From an uncultured Gammaproteobacteria bacterium (lineage in GTDB: Bacteria > Pseudomonadota > Gammaproteobacteria > Arenicellales > JAANXG01): a stretch of DNA of 64,000 bases. Position 1 is the stretch's first letter. Each line of letters starts with the position of its first letter. Position numbers and translations under genes: made by a program. This document shows positions 29,492 to 39,648 of the stretch, one piece after another. The notes under the pieces were generated by a model, which was not told the DNA's origin, searched no databases, and saw only the letters and a list, made by a program, of their open reading frames with translations. Location of the stretch: the NCBI GenBank assembly GCA_947258975.1, contig CAMYKK010000016.1, positions 6,673-70,672 on the forward strand, written 5' to 3'.

Positions 29492-30409
29492 TTAATCAAT
29501 CAGGAACCCCAGGATTCGCGCAACGAGGTCTGCGCCACCCGCCCCCCGAGACGGGGAATCCGGCGCCCATGTTGCTCGTTGCCGATCGATATCACGCAAC
29601 AGCTTGGTGGCTTTCTTTCCTTCATCGACGCGCTGTTTTTCCCACTTTTCGGCATTGCTGAGTCCCCCGGTTTTGATCCACCGCAAGATGACGTCCAGCT
29701 CACCGAAATCAAGCCAGATTCCGTGTTGCTTGCAGGTATCTACCAGCACGCCACTGCGGCGTCCGTAATTCCGCCGGTGCATGAGCGCGTCGCACCGCGG
29801 GCATTTGCGGTAAAAGCGTCCGTGGCGATCCTGCGCCTGAGTGCCTTGTCCCCGATGTTTCTCATGTTCGTGGGTGGTATCGGAGGCGGCACTGCGGGTG
29901 GCGCGCTCTTCGAGCAGTTCAAACACGGTGTTGTCCAACCACATCCCGCCACACCCGCCGCACTCCATTACCGACACACGTGCATCGCTCAACGCACGGC
30001 TGAACAACTGCCGTTCGGCGCCGCAGGCAGGGCAATCGTATTCTGTCGATTCGCCGGCCGAGCCCACGGGTACGATGGGGGTGGCGCAATAATGGCAGAA
30101 ACGTGCGCGGTCGCTGATCCGTGCCGTACATTCGGGGCATATGGTGTGTAGATCGCGCTCGTGGAGGGTGAAGTCAGCGCCGCAATACGTGCAGGCCGGT
30201 CGCTGGTTGAGCCGGACTCCGCCACATGCGGAGCAACGCACCACTGCGGCGGCGTGGCCGCGTTCAGTTGGCACCGTGACAAGTTCACCGCATCGGCAAT
30301 AGAACCCGTCTCCCGTGTGCCGCTGGCTGGCGTCGTACTGGCGTTTGCAGCGACGACATGCGACCAGGAAGCGTACGTGTGCGTTGGAATCGTGTGCCAG
30401 GCTCTTCAT
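29492..30409 (-). CDS. Multi zinc-ribbon protein (double zinc ribbon plus two zf-TFIIB-like modules)
   Basis: About ten Cys-pair knuckles including CRRC, CRC, CSAC, CTYC, CPEC, CHYC, CPAC, CGGCGGMWLD, CPRC, CKQHGIWLDFGEL. Confidence 0.8.
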   Translation of the reverse strand: MKSLAHDSNAHVRFLVACRRCKRQYDASQRHTGDGFYCRCGELVTVPTERGHAAAVVRCSACGGVRLNQRPACTYCGADFTLHERDLHTICPECTARISDRARFCHYCATPIVPVGSAGESTEYDCPACGAERQLFSRALSDARVSVMECGGCGGMWLDNTVFELLEERATRSAASDTTHEHEKHRGQGTQAQDRHGRFYRKCPRCDALMHRRNYGRRSGVLVDTCKQHGIWLDFGELDVILRWIKTGGLSNAEKWEKQRVDEGKKATKLLRDIDRQRATWAPDSPSRGAGGADLVARILGFLID

Positions 30410-30594
30410 TTGTTGGCTTCAATTATAGCCAATTTGGTGACGGTTATAATCGACGTCAGAATCCAATGACGGTCGCGCGCAAACAGCCGTGTCCGCACGC
30501 GCCGTCAGGCGTTCATGCGATCGATCATGTCCCGGCTGGATACGCTGCCGCCAGTGACGTAAGCGACGTCATCGGCAACGGCGCTGTCTGCTCA

Positions 30595-33273
30595 TCAGAG
30601 CCGTCTTGTCACCTTCATTATTTGCGGATCATCAGCGTGTCTCTCGACGCCAAATCCCATGGTCTCGGCCAATTGGAGCATGTCTTTGTTGTCATGCAGG
30701 ACTTCGCCTTCCATTGTACGAATGCCTTTTTGCCTGGCAATTTCGATCAAGTAGTGCAAAAGATGTGTGGCGACTCCTTTACCTTGCCATTCATCATCCA
30801 CCACGATTGCGAATTCACAGCTAGTCCCGTCTGGGTTTTTGATGTAGCGGCTGACGCCGATCTCCCGCTCCTGGCCATCACTTTCTGTCACCGCGATCAA
30901 AGCCATCTCACGGTCGTAGTCAATTTGCGTGAAGCGAGACAACATTGCGGGGGTGATCTCTTTCAGGGCATACATAAAACGGAAGTGCTTGGCTTGGTCG
31001 GATAATTGATTCACGAAATCCTTCTCGATGATGGCGTCCTCCGGCCGGATCGGACGGATTAGCGCATCCGAGCCGTCCGTCAATTGCACAACGCGGCAGA
31101 GCTCCTTTGGATACGGATGGATTGCCATGTGCGCATACTTTTCTCCCAGCGGGGCCCGAGGTTCGACCACCATGCGGGCGTCAACGACGATCGCATTGTT
31201 TTCATCGGCGATAATAGGGTTGATGTCGATTTCCGAAAGCCATGGTAATTCACAAACCATCTCAGAAACACGCAACAGCGCGGATTCGATGCTGTCCAAA
31301 TTCACCGCCGGTAGATTGCGGAAATCGGAAAGCAAGCGGGCGACGCGCCCGCTTTGTATTAGTTCACGGGCCAGGAAGTGGTTGAGGGGGGGTAGGGAAA
31401 TGGCCTGATCCGCGAACACCTCGACCATGGTGCCGCCGAGACCAAAACTTATTGCCGGCCCAAACGCCGGGTCACGCACCATGCCGATCATCAGCTCTCG
31501 TCCGTTGGGCGAGTGAACCATAGGTTCAATCAAGACTCCTGTGATCTCGGCGTCCGGGCGTTTTGTGCGAACGGCGTCGATCAAGTCCTGATATGCGTCC
31601 CTCAATTGCCGTGCTCCGGCCACATTCAGACGTACTCCGTTTACGTCTGACTTGTGGGTAATGTCAGGTGAATCGATTTTTAAGGCGATAGGAAATCCAA
31701 GTTCCTCCGCCACCGTCAATGCTTCTTCCGGTGTACGTGCGGCAATGCTCTTTGCAATCGGAATGCGAAATGCCGCGAGTAATGCCTTGGCTTCAGTAGC
31801 GTTGAGCAGTCTCCGTGAATCTTTCAAGACATTCTTGACGATCATCGCGGCACCTTCGATATCCGGTTTGTCTCCGTGGGCCACGGGTTCCGGCACCTGC
31901 AGCAAAAGTTGCTGATTACGATGGTGGGCCACTAGAAACGAAAACGCCTCTACCGCCGCCTCCGGCGTGCGAAACGTCGGGATGCCATGGCGATGAAACC
32001 ACTCTCGGCCCGCCGCCACGTCATCCTCACCCATCCAACATGTCAACATCGGCTTTCCGCTGTCTGTATGTGCAGCGGTGATCTCCCGAGCGACGGCTTC
32101 CGGATCGGTCATCGCTTGTGGAGTGAGGATCACGATGATGGCGTCGGCATGGGGATCTTTGCTGCAGAGCTCGATGACGTCCCGGTAACGCTCGGGCGTG
32201 GCGTCCCCGATAATGTCTATCGGGTTGGCGTGAGACCAGGTCGGCGGGAGGAAGGCGTTCAAGGCCGTGAGCATATCATCCGACAGCTCCGCAAGTAGCA
32301 AGTTCTTGTCGGCCACATAGTCGGCAGCCATGACGCCGGGACCGCCCCCATTGGTGACAATCAATGCGCGATCTCCCTGTGCTCGTACCCCGCTGGAAAG
32401 AATGGTGGCCGCGGCGAAAAGATTGCTGAAGTGAAGTACGCGTACGACACCGGCGCGGCGCAACGCGGCATCGAAGACGTCATCGCCGCCCACCAGCGCC
32501 GCGGTGTGCGAAACGGCGGCCTTGAGCCCCTGCTCATGGCGCCCGGATTTCATGACCACGATGGGTTTGGCCCGCGCCGCCGCGCGCAACGCGCTCATAA
32601 AGCGCCGCGCGTTTCGAATGCCCTCGATATACAGCAAGATGCCTTCGGTCAATGGATCGGCGACCAGGAAATCGAGAATTTCACCAAAGCTGATATCAGC
32701 GCCGATGCCGGTCGAAATGACGTAGGAGAATCCAACGTTGTTGGATTCCGCCCAATCAAGAACCGCCGTGCACAGGGCCCCGGATTGCGATACCAGGGCG
32801 AGTTTCCCGATCCGTGCGTTATTGCCGCTGAATGTAGCGTTGAGCCCAATGTTGGGACTGATAATGCCCAAGCAGTTGGGTCCGAGTATGCGCACACCGT
32901 GGCGATCTGCAATGCTCATAACCTGCCGCTCCAAATTTGCCCCGGCGTCACCGGCTTCGCGAAATCCGGCGGAGACCACCACTGCCGCCTTAACGCCGTG
33001 TTTACCGCAATCGTCGATGATATCAACGACCGTATGCGGTGGTGTCGCAATCACGGCGAGGTCTATGTGCTCGTTGATCTCTTCCAACCGGGCATATGCC
33101 TTGGTGTCTTGTACGCGTTTGTGTTTTGGGTTGAGCGCATAGAGTCTGCCCCGGAATCCGCTTTGTTTGAGATTCTTGAACAACACTGCGCCCACTGAGT
33201 TAGGAGTATTGCTGGCGCCGAATACAGCTACGGATTTCGGGTTAAACAACGGTGTCAGATAATGATTGTTCAT
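30595..33273 (-). CDS. Bifunctional acyl-CoA synthetase-like / GNAT protein lysine acetyltransferase (Pat/YfiQ family)
   Basis: GPNCLG, VSQSGA, SHTAAL, NGGGPG, HKSDVNGV, C-terminal GNAT (TQIDYDREMAL, EFAIVVDDEWQGKG). Confidence 0.92.
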   Translation of the reverse strand: MNNHYLTPLFNPKSVAVFGASNTPNSVGAVLFKNLKQSGFRGRLYALNPKHKRVQDTKAYARLEEINEHIDLAVIATPPHTVVDIIDDCGKHGVKAAVVVSAGFREAGDAGANLERQVMSIADRHGVRILGPNCLGIISPNIGLNATFSGNNARIGKLALVSQSGALCTAVLDWAESNNVGFSYVISTGIGADISFGEILDFLVADPLTEGILLYIEGIRNARRFMSALRAAARAKPIVVMKSGRHEQGLKAAVSHTAALVGGDDVFDAALRRAGVVRVLHFSNLFAAATILSSGVRAQGDRALIVTNGGGPGVMAADYVADKNLLLAELSDDMLTALNAFLPPTWSHANPIDIIGDATPERYRDVIELCSKDPHADAIIVILTPQAMTDPEAVAREITAAHTDSGKPMLTCWMGEDDVAAGREWFHRHGIPTFRTPEAAVEAFSFLVAHHRNQQLLLQVPEPVAHGDKPDIEGAAMIVKNVLKDSRRLLNATEAKALLAAFRIPIAKSIAARTPEEALTVAEELGFPIALKIDSPDITHKSDVNGVRLNVAGARQLRDAYQDLIDAVRTKRPDAEITGVLIEPMVHSPNGRELMIGMVRDPAFGPAISFGLGGTMVEVFADQAISLPPLNHFLARELIQSGRVARLLSDFRNLPAVNLDSIESALLRVSEMVCELPWLSEIDINPIIADENNAIVVDARMVVEPRAPLGEKYAHMAIHPYPKELCRVVQLTDGSDALIRPIRPEDAIIEKDFVNQLSDQAKHFRFMYALKEITPAMLSRFTQIDYDREMALIAVTESDGQEREIGVSRYIKNPDGTSCEFAIVVDDEWQGKGVATHLLHYLIEIARQKGIRTMEGEVLHDNKDMLQLAETMGFGVERHADDPQIMKVTRRL

Positions 33274-33345
33274 TGTAGATGGGATGCGGCAGTTTAGATG
33301 TATGGTTGTAGGTGTTCACGTAGCTGCTGGTTTGATGTAAGGCGA

Positions 33346-33359
33346 TTGATTCCTGTCAA
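33346..33359. promoter_or_regulatory. FNR box between divergent pat and cytochrome c genes
   Basis: TTGAT-TCCT-GTCAA (9/10); TAAAGT -10 at 33382-33387. Confidence 0.75.
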
Positions 33360-33423
33360 TGCATTTTTGCCAGCCACCATGTAAAGTTCAGATATTCGCA
33401 CATTGATGCTGGAGGCAATGTCG

Positions 33424-33849
33424 ATGAAAAAATTCAGTTTGTCGTTGGTGGGCCTCACTTTGGGCATTGTGCTAGTGACCGGTTGCGCATACGTCCGCAA
33501 GGTAACCTATCCGCCCGACTTCGTATATCTCGAGGACAGGAAGGTCGTTAGCGCCATGGCCGACCTTAATGTCGACATGTGGCGTATCGATGACATTATC
33601 GCCAATTCTGAATCCATCTGGCCCTATCAACGAGAAGAAATTATTCAACTTTTGCGGCATATGGAAGACGTTGCGGACCGACTTGGCGCCGGAACTGCGG
33701 TCACCAATCATCTTCTCATCGATCAGAATATTGATTTATTCAAGGACGATGTACGTGCCGCACGCAAGTATGTGCAAAGTGACCCGCCGAATTATTATCT
33801 CGCCGGCCGTTTGTCCGGTAGCTGCACGGCATGTCACCGGCGGCGTTGA
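33424..33849 (+). CDS. Lipoprotein monoheme cytochrome c with C-terminal CxxCH (class II / cytochrome c'-like)
   Basis: Lipobox LVTGC, helical body, terminal CTACH; GGAGG RBS. Confidence 0.75.
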   Translation: MKKFSLSLVGLTLGIVLVTGCAYVRKVTYPPDFVYLEDRKVVSAMADLNVDMWRIDDIIANSESIWPYQREEIIQLLRHMEDVADRLGAGTAVTNHLLIDQNIDLFKDDVRAARKYVQSDPPNYYLAGRLSGSCTACHRRR

Positions 33850-33861
33850 TGTGCTGGCGGA

Positions 33862-35685
33862 TCATTGCTGGAACACGTAGCGCCCCGGCGCGTCTTCCAA
33901 CGGTTGGCAGCCATGGTCCGTTGCGCCAGACCTTGGCGCCTCGACCTTTTCCGTTGAGTGTTGTCCCAGCCACTTAATCCACACCGGCCACCAGGATCCG
34001 TCCTGTTTTCGTGTGTTTGCCTGCCAGGTATCGGGGTCGATGTACCGGTCGCCTTCCTTTCGCGTGGTGAATTGAAAAGCGCGCCCCGGGTGACCGGGTT
34101 CGCTGACGATTCCCGCATTATGCCCACCGCTGGTAAGTGTAAAGGTGACGTCCGTGTCTGCCAGCAAATGAATCTTGTAAACCGACCGCCACGGAGCGAC
34201 ATGATCGTTGGTGGTCGCCACTGAGAAAATCGGTGCGCGGATGTCGGTAATCGATATCGGTCGCCCGTCCACGATATAGCGGCCGGCGGCGAGGTCATTG
34301 TTGAGAAACAACCAGCGCAGATACTCGGAATGCATGCGATAGGGGAGGCGCGTGGTGTCCGCGTTCCACGCCATCAGGTCGTTCATCGGTTTACGCCTAC
34401 CCATGAGGTAGTCGTGAACCGCCCGCGACCAGATCAGATCATTGGAGCGCAAGAGTTGAAAAGTCCCGGCCATCTGTCTGGCGTCCAGATATCCCTGTTC
34501 CCACATGATGTCTTCAAGGTACGCGACTTGTGCGTCGTCGATGAATAATGTGAGTTCACCTGCTTCAGTAAAATCAGTCTGGGCTGCGAAGTGGGACAGG
34601 GTTGCAATCCGTCCATCTCCATCTCTGGCCATGGCGGCTGCGGCGATGGTCAGAAGGGTGCCGCCGAGGCAATAGCCTACGCCGTGAACCTGGGTGTTAG
34701 GAATCACTTTGCAGACGGTGTCCACTGCCGCCATCACCCCGCGCCGCCGATAATCCGACATGCCCAAGTCGCGATCCTTTTCGTTGGGGTTTTTCCAGGA
34801 AATCATGAACACGCTGAAGCCTTGGTCAACGAGATACCTGACCAGAGAATTCTCGGGCGATAGATCCAAGATGTAGTATTTCATAATCCATGCCGGTACG
34901 ATAAGAACCGGCTCTTTTTGCACGTGCGACGTCGTAGGGCGGTATTGGATCAATTCGATCAGGCGGTTGCGGAAAATGACCTTGCCGGGTGTGTTGGCGA
35001 CGTTGTCGCCGACCCTGAATCGTTCCGCGCCGATTGGCGGCTTCGCTCCGGTTACCCGCTCCCAGTCCTCGATAAAATTGTTCCATCCGCGAATGAGGTT
35101 GTGACCGTGTTCTTCAATGGTCGTCTTTGTTACTTCGGGATTGGTCCACAAGAAATTGGAAGGTGAGAAAAAGTCCAACCACTGACGGGCGCCAAACGCC
35201 ACTGCCTCTTCATGGTGCCGAGATACGCCGCTGACTTCGGTTGTTGCGTTGTGCCACCACTGTTGTGTCAACAAAAACGACTGATATAGTAAGTTGTACG
35301 GCCATAAGTCCCATGCCGGATGGACAAACCGTTTGTCTTGAGGCAACGGCTCGATACACAGTGCGGCATCGCCGCGAACACATCGCGCGCTTAACAAACC
35401 GAGTCGGGTTGTTTTACGCACCGCCTTCGTCAGCAGTTCGCTCTGTTTGCCGGGTGATGACATCAAATGCAAAAGCCAGTCTAAATAAGCTTGCATCAGC
35501 GACACCGGCGATAGACCGTTCGTCAGCCGCGCCAACCAGGCGTGAAACAGACGATCATAGACATGGGGCGACCGGACGACATCCTGAAACACCGCCTCCG
35601 CTGCGGCGGGATGACGAATGCCGCCAGCGGTTGCGGGTTGATCTCGTCGTCCGTTATCAGAAGCGATGGGCACCGGCTCGGTCAC
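33862..35685 (-). CDS. phaC: Polyhydroxyalkanoate synthase (class I type with PHBC_N domain)
   Basis: SPSNFLWTNP, TPGKV, PAWIMKYYILDL, lipase box GYCLGG, WNAD, DHVAPW, SGGHNAG, GSWW. Confidence 0.93.
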   Translation of the reverse strand: MTEPVPIASDNGRRDQPATAGGIRHPAAAEAVFQDVVRSPHVYDRLFHAWLARLTNGLSPVSLMQAYLDWLLHLMSSPGKQSELLTKAVRKTTRLGLLSARCVRGDAALCIEPLPQDKRFVHPAWDLWPYNLLYQSFLLTQQWWHNATTEVSGVSRHHEEAVAFGARQWLDFFSPSNFLWTNPEVTKTTIEEHGHNLIRGWNNFIEDWERVTGAKPPIGAERFRVGDNVANTPGKVIFRNRLIELIQYRPTTSHVQKEPVLIVPAWIMKYYILDLSPENSLVRYLVDQGFSVFMISWKNPNEKDRDLGMSDYRRRGVMAAVDTVCKVIPNTQVHGVGYCLGGTLLTIAAAAMARDGDGRIATLSHFAAQTDFTEAGELTLFIDDAQVAYLEDIMWEQGYLDARQMAGTFQLLRSNDLIWSRAVHDYLMGRRKPMNDLMAWNADTTRLPYRMHSEYLRWLFLNNDLAAGRYIVDGRPISITDIRAPIFSVATTNDHVAPWRSVYKIHLLADTDVTFTLTSGGHNAGIVSEPGHPGRAFQFTTRKEGDRYIDPDTWQANTRKQDGSWWPVWIKWLGQHSTEKVEAPRSGATDHGCQPLEDAPGRYVFQQ

Positions 35686-35748
35686 AAAGTATTCCCCAAT
35701 TTACGCAGCTTTTGTATAGTTATTATCCACGCGTTGGTGCGCGGGTCT

Positions 35749-35762
35749 ATGATCCGGGTCAA
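35749..35762. promoter_or_regulatory. FNR-like box upstream of phaC
   Basis: Minus strand TTGAC-CCGG-ATCAT (8/10) with GATAAT -10 at 35727-35722. Confidence 0.6.
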
Positions 35763-35944
35763 ATCATTATGCAGCGCAACATAACCCACAACCCGCGCCG
35801 CGATGGCGCCGGCGAATTCGACACGGCGCGCTACCGTCGCCACCTGGCAGCAAGATTAGCCTCGGTGCCATCCACCGCGGCCACGGGCCCGTGCTCCACT
35901 GGTGCTGATGCTCCGGGCAAGTTGGGCACAATCCGGCACTCGTT

Positions 35945-35958
35945 TTGATATCGATCAA
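35945..35958. promoter_or_regulatory. Perfect FNR box upstream of the host-attachment/baeRF1 gene
   Basis: TTGAT-ATCG-ATCAA; TATTGT -10 at 35981-35986; GGAG RBS. Confidence 0.88.
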
Positions 35959-36008
35959 GGCGCCTCGGGTTGCGGATATTTATTGTGGTAACAAAAGGAG
36001 AGCGCATT

Positions 36009-36461
36009 ATGACGACTTGGTTATTGGTTGCCGACAGCGTACGGGGAAGGGTGTTTCGGGCCGATTCACCGACCGGGCCGATCACCGAGATCGTCACTCT
36101 CGCTCACCCGGAAGGCCGCCTCCACGAACAGGCGCTGACCAGCGACCTTCCCGGCCGCACGTTTGACCGCGGTGGGCAGGGACGCCACATCATGGAGGAT
36201 CGAATCAGCGCAAAGGAGCAAGATAACATACGATTCGCGCTTCGCATTGCCGACCATCTGGAGACGATGCGGATGGAGGGAAAGTTCGAGCGACTTATCA
36301 TCATCGCACCGCCCGAGTTTTTGGGGATCTTGTCCGCAAAGCTGAGTGATGCCACGCGGAAACTGGTCAGCATGCGAGTCGATAAGAACCTGGCGCAGGA
36401 AACTGCGAAGCAGATTCGTGCGCACCTGCCCGTGCGGCTGTGGGGCAATGCGGCCGGTTGA
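36009..36461 (+). CDS. Host attachment protein / bacterial archaeo-eukaryotic release factor (baeRF12-like) family
   Basis: TWLLVADSVRGRVF, LTSDLPGR, F..RIADHL, LIIIAPPEFLG.L, VDKNL. Confidence 0.85.
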   Translation: MTTWLLVADSVRGRVFRADSPTGPITEIVTLAHPEGRLHEQALTSDLPGRTFDRGGQGRHIMEDRISAKEQDNIRFALRIADHLETMRMEGKFERLIIIAPPEFLGILSAKLSDATRKLVSMRVDKNLAQETAKQIRAHLPVRLWGNAAG

Positions 36462-36637
36462 GGCCAGACGCGCACCGGCTTGATGCATACGGGCTAAGTT
36501 TCCATGGCCGTATAACAGTATCCATGACAGCGACAGGTTGTGTCCCGAGGGTATGATGCGGCTTGTTTACGGCGCCGATATGACCAACGTCACGGTACAC
36601 GTTTGCTATACAAGAAAATCTCACACAACCTGCCGAA

Positions 36638-36651
36638 TTGATCGAAATCAA
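36638..36651. promoter_or_regulatory. Perfect FNR box about 320 bp upstream of Yip1-ccoN
   Basis: TTGAT-CGAA-ATCAA; AACAAT -10 at 36674-36679. Confidence 0.85.
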
Positions 36652-36968
36652 GGACGAAGTCGCTCCGGTGCCGAACAATATCTCTCTAACGCTGCGCCTC
36701 AGGATTTGGCCCGTATGTCGCACCAAGGTGATGAAGATATAGATCTGATGTTGTTTGGAAGAAGGAATTCGAGCAGTGCCCGGTGTCAAATCTTGTGCCC
36801 GAGTATGCGCCTGTCAAGGCGTATGCGTGGACTTGAAGGTCTGGATTTGCACTTCACTGAACCCCAAGCAACGGCTGCTTCAGCGCACCGTCATCCGGGT
36901 TCCTTGTTGCAACATTTGGAATGACATTGGCGCGGGAAATAATTTAATACCAGGTAAGAGCACATATC

Positions 36969-37568
36969 ATGCTACAACATGTTACAGGTCTGTTGACCCA
37001 GCCACGGCAAGAATGGGAAAAGATTCACACTGAAGAAGAATCTGTCGGTGAGTGTTACCTGCGCCATGTCCTGCCGTTGGCGGCGTTGTCTCCGGTAGCG
37101 GGAATATTCGGCACCACGCTGATTGGCTGGCAGATTGGCAGTAGTGTCCCGGTGACCCTGACCGTGGGCAGCGCCGTACAAATCGGTATCGTCTACTACC
37201 TTTCGATACTGTTTTCGGTGTTCATGATTGGGGTGGTGATTCGCTGGATGGGAGAGACGTATGGCGCTGAGCAATCATTGTCGCGTTGTGTGGCCCTTGC
37301 CGCGTACACCGCAACGCCGTTGTTTTTGGTCGGCGCGATGCAGCTGTATCCCGTTTTGTGGGTGAATTTTATCGTTGGTTTACCGGCCCTCGCGTACACC
37401 GTGTATCTGCTCTATATGGGTGTACCGGTCATGATGGAAATCCCCACGGAACGCGGGTTTCTATTTGCCAGTGCCGTCCTCGCCGTCGGCTTGGTGACAT
37501 TGGTTGGCCTGCTGGTGAGTTCCGTCATGTTATGGAGCTTCGGTATCGGGCCGTACTTTGCGGTGTAA
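36969..37568 (+). CDS. Yip1/DUF1282 (YohC-like) inner membrane protein
   Basis: [48 protein letters not shown]. Confidence 0.88.
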   Translation: MLQHVTGLLTQPRQEWEKIHTEEESVGECYLRHVLPLAALSPVAGIFGTTLIGWQIGSSVPVTLTVGSAVQIGIVYYLSILFSVFMIGVVIRWMGETYGAEQSLSRCVALAAYTATPLFLVGAMQLYPVLWVNFIVGLPALAYTVYLLYMGVPVMMEIPTERGFLFASAVLAVGLVTLVGLLVSSVMLWSFGIGPYFAV

Positions 37569-37606
37569 GCACGCCGGGTTTGATTCTTGGGAGTTCGGAG
37601 AAGCTG

Positions 37607-39022
37607 ATGAGTACAGAAAACACCTACAACTATCGAGTCGTGCGGCAATTCGCCATCATGACGGTCGTGTGGGGCATTGTAGGCATGCTGGTCGGTGTGA
37701 TCATTGCCGCGCAAATGGCATGGCCGCAGCTCAACTTTGATATTGCTTGGTTGACTTTCGGGCGGTTACGGCCCCTGCATACCAACGCGGTGATCTTCGC
37801 CTTCGGTGGATGCGCGCTGTTCGCATCCTCCTATTATGTCGTACAGCGCACTTGTCACGTGCGGTTGTTCTCTGACAAATTGGCTGGTTTTACTTTCTGG
37901 GGTTGGCAGTCGGTGATCGTGCTTGCCGCGCTAACACTGCCACTGGGCATTACCACGTCCAAGGAATATGCGGAACTCGAATGGCCCATCGATCTGTTGA
38001 TCACGGCGGTGTGGGTGGTCTACGCGGTGGTGTTTTTTGGTACCCTGGTAAAGCGCAAGATCAACCATATCTACGTGGCAAATTGGTTTTTTGCCGGTTT
38101 CATACTCACCATCGCGGTGCTGCATGTCGTCAACAGTGCGGCGCTGCCGGTGTCGTTCACCAAGTCCTATTCGGCGTTCGCGGGTGTGCAGGACGCGATG
38201 GTGCAGTGGTGGTACGGCCATAATGCGGTCGGTTTCTTCCTCACGGCGGGATTCTTGGGCATCATGTACTACTTTATACCCAAGCAGGCGGAGCGCCCCG
38301 TGTATTCGTACCGCTTGTCCGTGGTGCACTTTTGGGCGATCGTGTTTACTTACATCTGGGCGGGACCTCATCATCTCCACTATACCGCGCTGCCGGATTG
38401 GGCACAGTCATTGGGTATGGTGTTTTCGTTAATTCTTCTGGCGCCATCGTGGGGTGGCATGATCAACGGCATTATGACTCTGTCTGGGGCGTGGGAAAAA
38501 CTGCGCACCGACCCAATTCTTAAATTCTTGATTGTCTCGGTGTCGTTCTACGGTATGTCGACGTTCGAAGGACCGATGATGGCCATCAAGACTGTTAACG
38601 CGCTGTCCCACTATACGGACTGGACCATCGGTCACGTGCATTCCGGCGCCCTGGGTTGGGTCGCTTTTGTATCCATTGGCGCGATGTACTATCTGATTCC
38701 GCGATTGTTTGACCGCGAGTTGTATAGCCTCAAGCTCGCCGAGATCCACTTTTGGATCTCGACTATCGGCATTGTGCTCTATATCACCTCGATGTGGATT
38801 TCCGGGATTATGCAGGGCCTGATGTGGCGGGCGGTGAATGCGGACGGCACGCTGACATACAGCTTTGTCGAAAGCGTGCAGGCAATGCATCCGTATTACA
38901 TCATCCGCTTTCTTGGTGGCGCCTTGTTTCTAACAGGCATGTTGATCATGGCCTACAACTTGTACCGTACCGTGGTCGGGGCCAAGCCGCATGAAGCGGT
39001 CATTCCCGCGGTCGCACACTGA
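37607..39022 (+). CDS. ccoN: cbb3-type cytochrome c oxidase subunit I
   Basis: [44 protein letters not shown]. Confidence 0.98.
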   Translation: MSTENTYNYRVVRQFAIMTVVWGIVGMLVGVIIAAQMAWPQLNFDIAWLTFGRLRPLHTNAVIFAFGGCALFASSYYVVQRTCHVRLFSDKLAGFTFWGWQSVIVLAALTLPLGITTSKEYAELEWPIDLLITAVWVVYAVVFFGTLVKRKINHIYVANWFFAGFILTIAVLHVVNSAALPVSFTKSYSAFAGVQDAMVQWWYGHNAVGFFLTAGFLGIMYYFIPKQAERPVYSYRLSVVHFWAIVFTYIWAGPHHLHYTALPDWAQSLGMVFSLILLAPSWGGMINGIMTLSGAWEKLRTDPILKFLIVSVSFYGMSTFEGPMMAIKTVNALSHYTDWTIGHVHSGALGWVAFVSIGAMYYLIPRLFDRELYSLKLAEIHFWISTIGIVLYITSMWISGIMQGLMWRAVNADGTLTYSFVESVQAMHPYYIIRFLGGALFLTGMLIMAYNLYRTVVGAKPHEAVIPAVAH

Positions 39023-39032
39023 GGTAGCTGCC

Positions 39033-39644
39033 ATGGGGTTACAAGAAAGAGTTGAAAAAAACGTAGGGCTGTTGATCGTTCTGACTTTGTTGGTGGTCAG
39101 CGTGGGTGGACTGGTGCAGATCGTTCCCTTGTTCTTCCAGCAGTCAACCACGGAACCGGTCTCCGGCTTGAAGCCTTACACCGCACTACAACTGACTGGG
39201 CGCGATATCTATATCCGCGAAGGCTGTTACGCCTGTCATTCGCAGATGATCCGGCCGTTTCGCGCCGAAACGGAACGCTACGGCCATTACTCAGTGGCCG
39301 GCGAGTTCGTCTACGACCGGCCCTTCCAGTGGGGGTCCAAGCGCACCGGTCCGGACCTGGCCCGGGTGGGTGGCCGGTACAGCGATGACTGGCAGCGCGT
39401 TCATATGATCAATCCGCGGGACGTGGTGCCCGAATCCATCATGCCGGGGTATCCGTGGCTGGCTGACACGCCGGCCGACGCGTCAAACATCGAAACAAAG
39501 TTGCGCGTGCTCAGAACGCTCGGTCATCCTTATAGCGACGAAGAGATCAACAATGCGTCCAAGGACCTCGAAGGTAAGACCGAGTTGGATGCAATGGTGG
39601 CCTATCTTCAGGTCTTGGGCATCAGCGTGAAAACTCGCAGGTGA
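39033..39644 (+). CDS. ccoO: cbb3-type oxidase subunit II
   Basis: [24 protein letters not shown]. Confidence 0.98.
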   Translation: MGLQERVEKNVGLLIVLTLLVVSVGGLVQIVPLFFQQSTTEPVSGLKPYTALQLTGRDIYIREGCYACHSQMIRPFRAETERYGHYSVAGEFVYDRPFQWGSKRTGPDLARVGGRYSDDWQRVHMINPRDVVPESIMPGYPWLADTPADASNIETKLRVLRTLGHPYSDEEINNASKDLEGKTELDAMVAYLQVLGISVKTRR

Positions 39645-39648
39645 CGCA

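Noticed and set aside
30358-35948. Long antisense ORFs (30358-31005, 32431-33198, 35241-35948)
   Set aside because: Shadow frames of pat and phaC with no recognisable motifs
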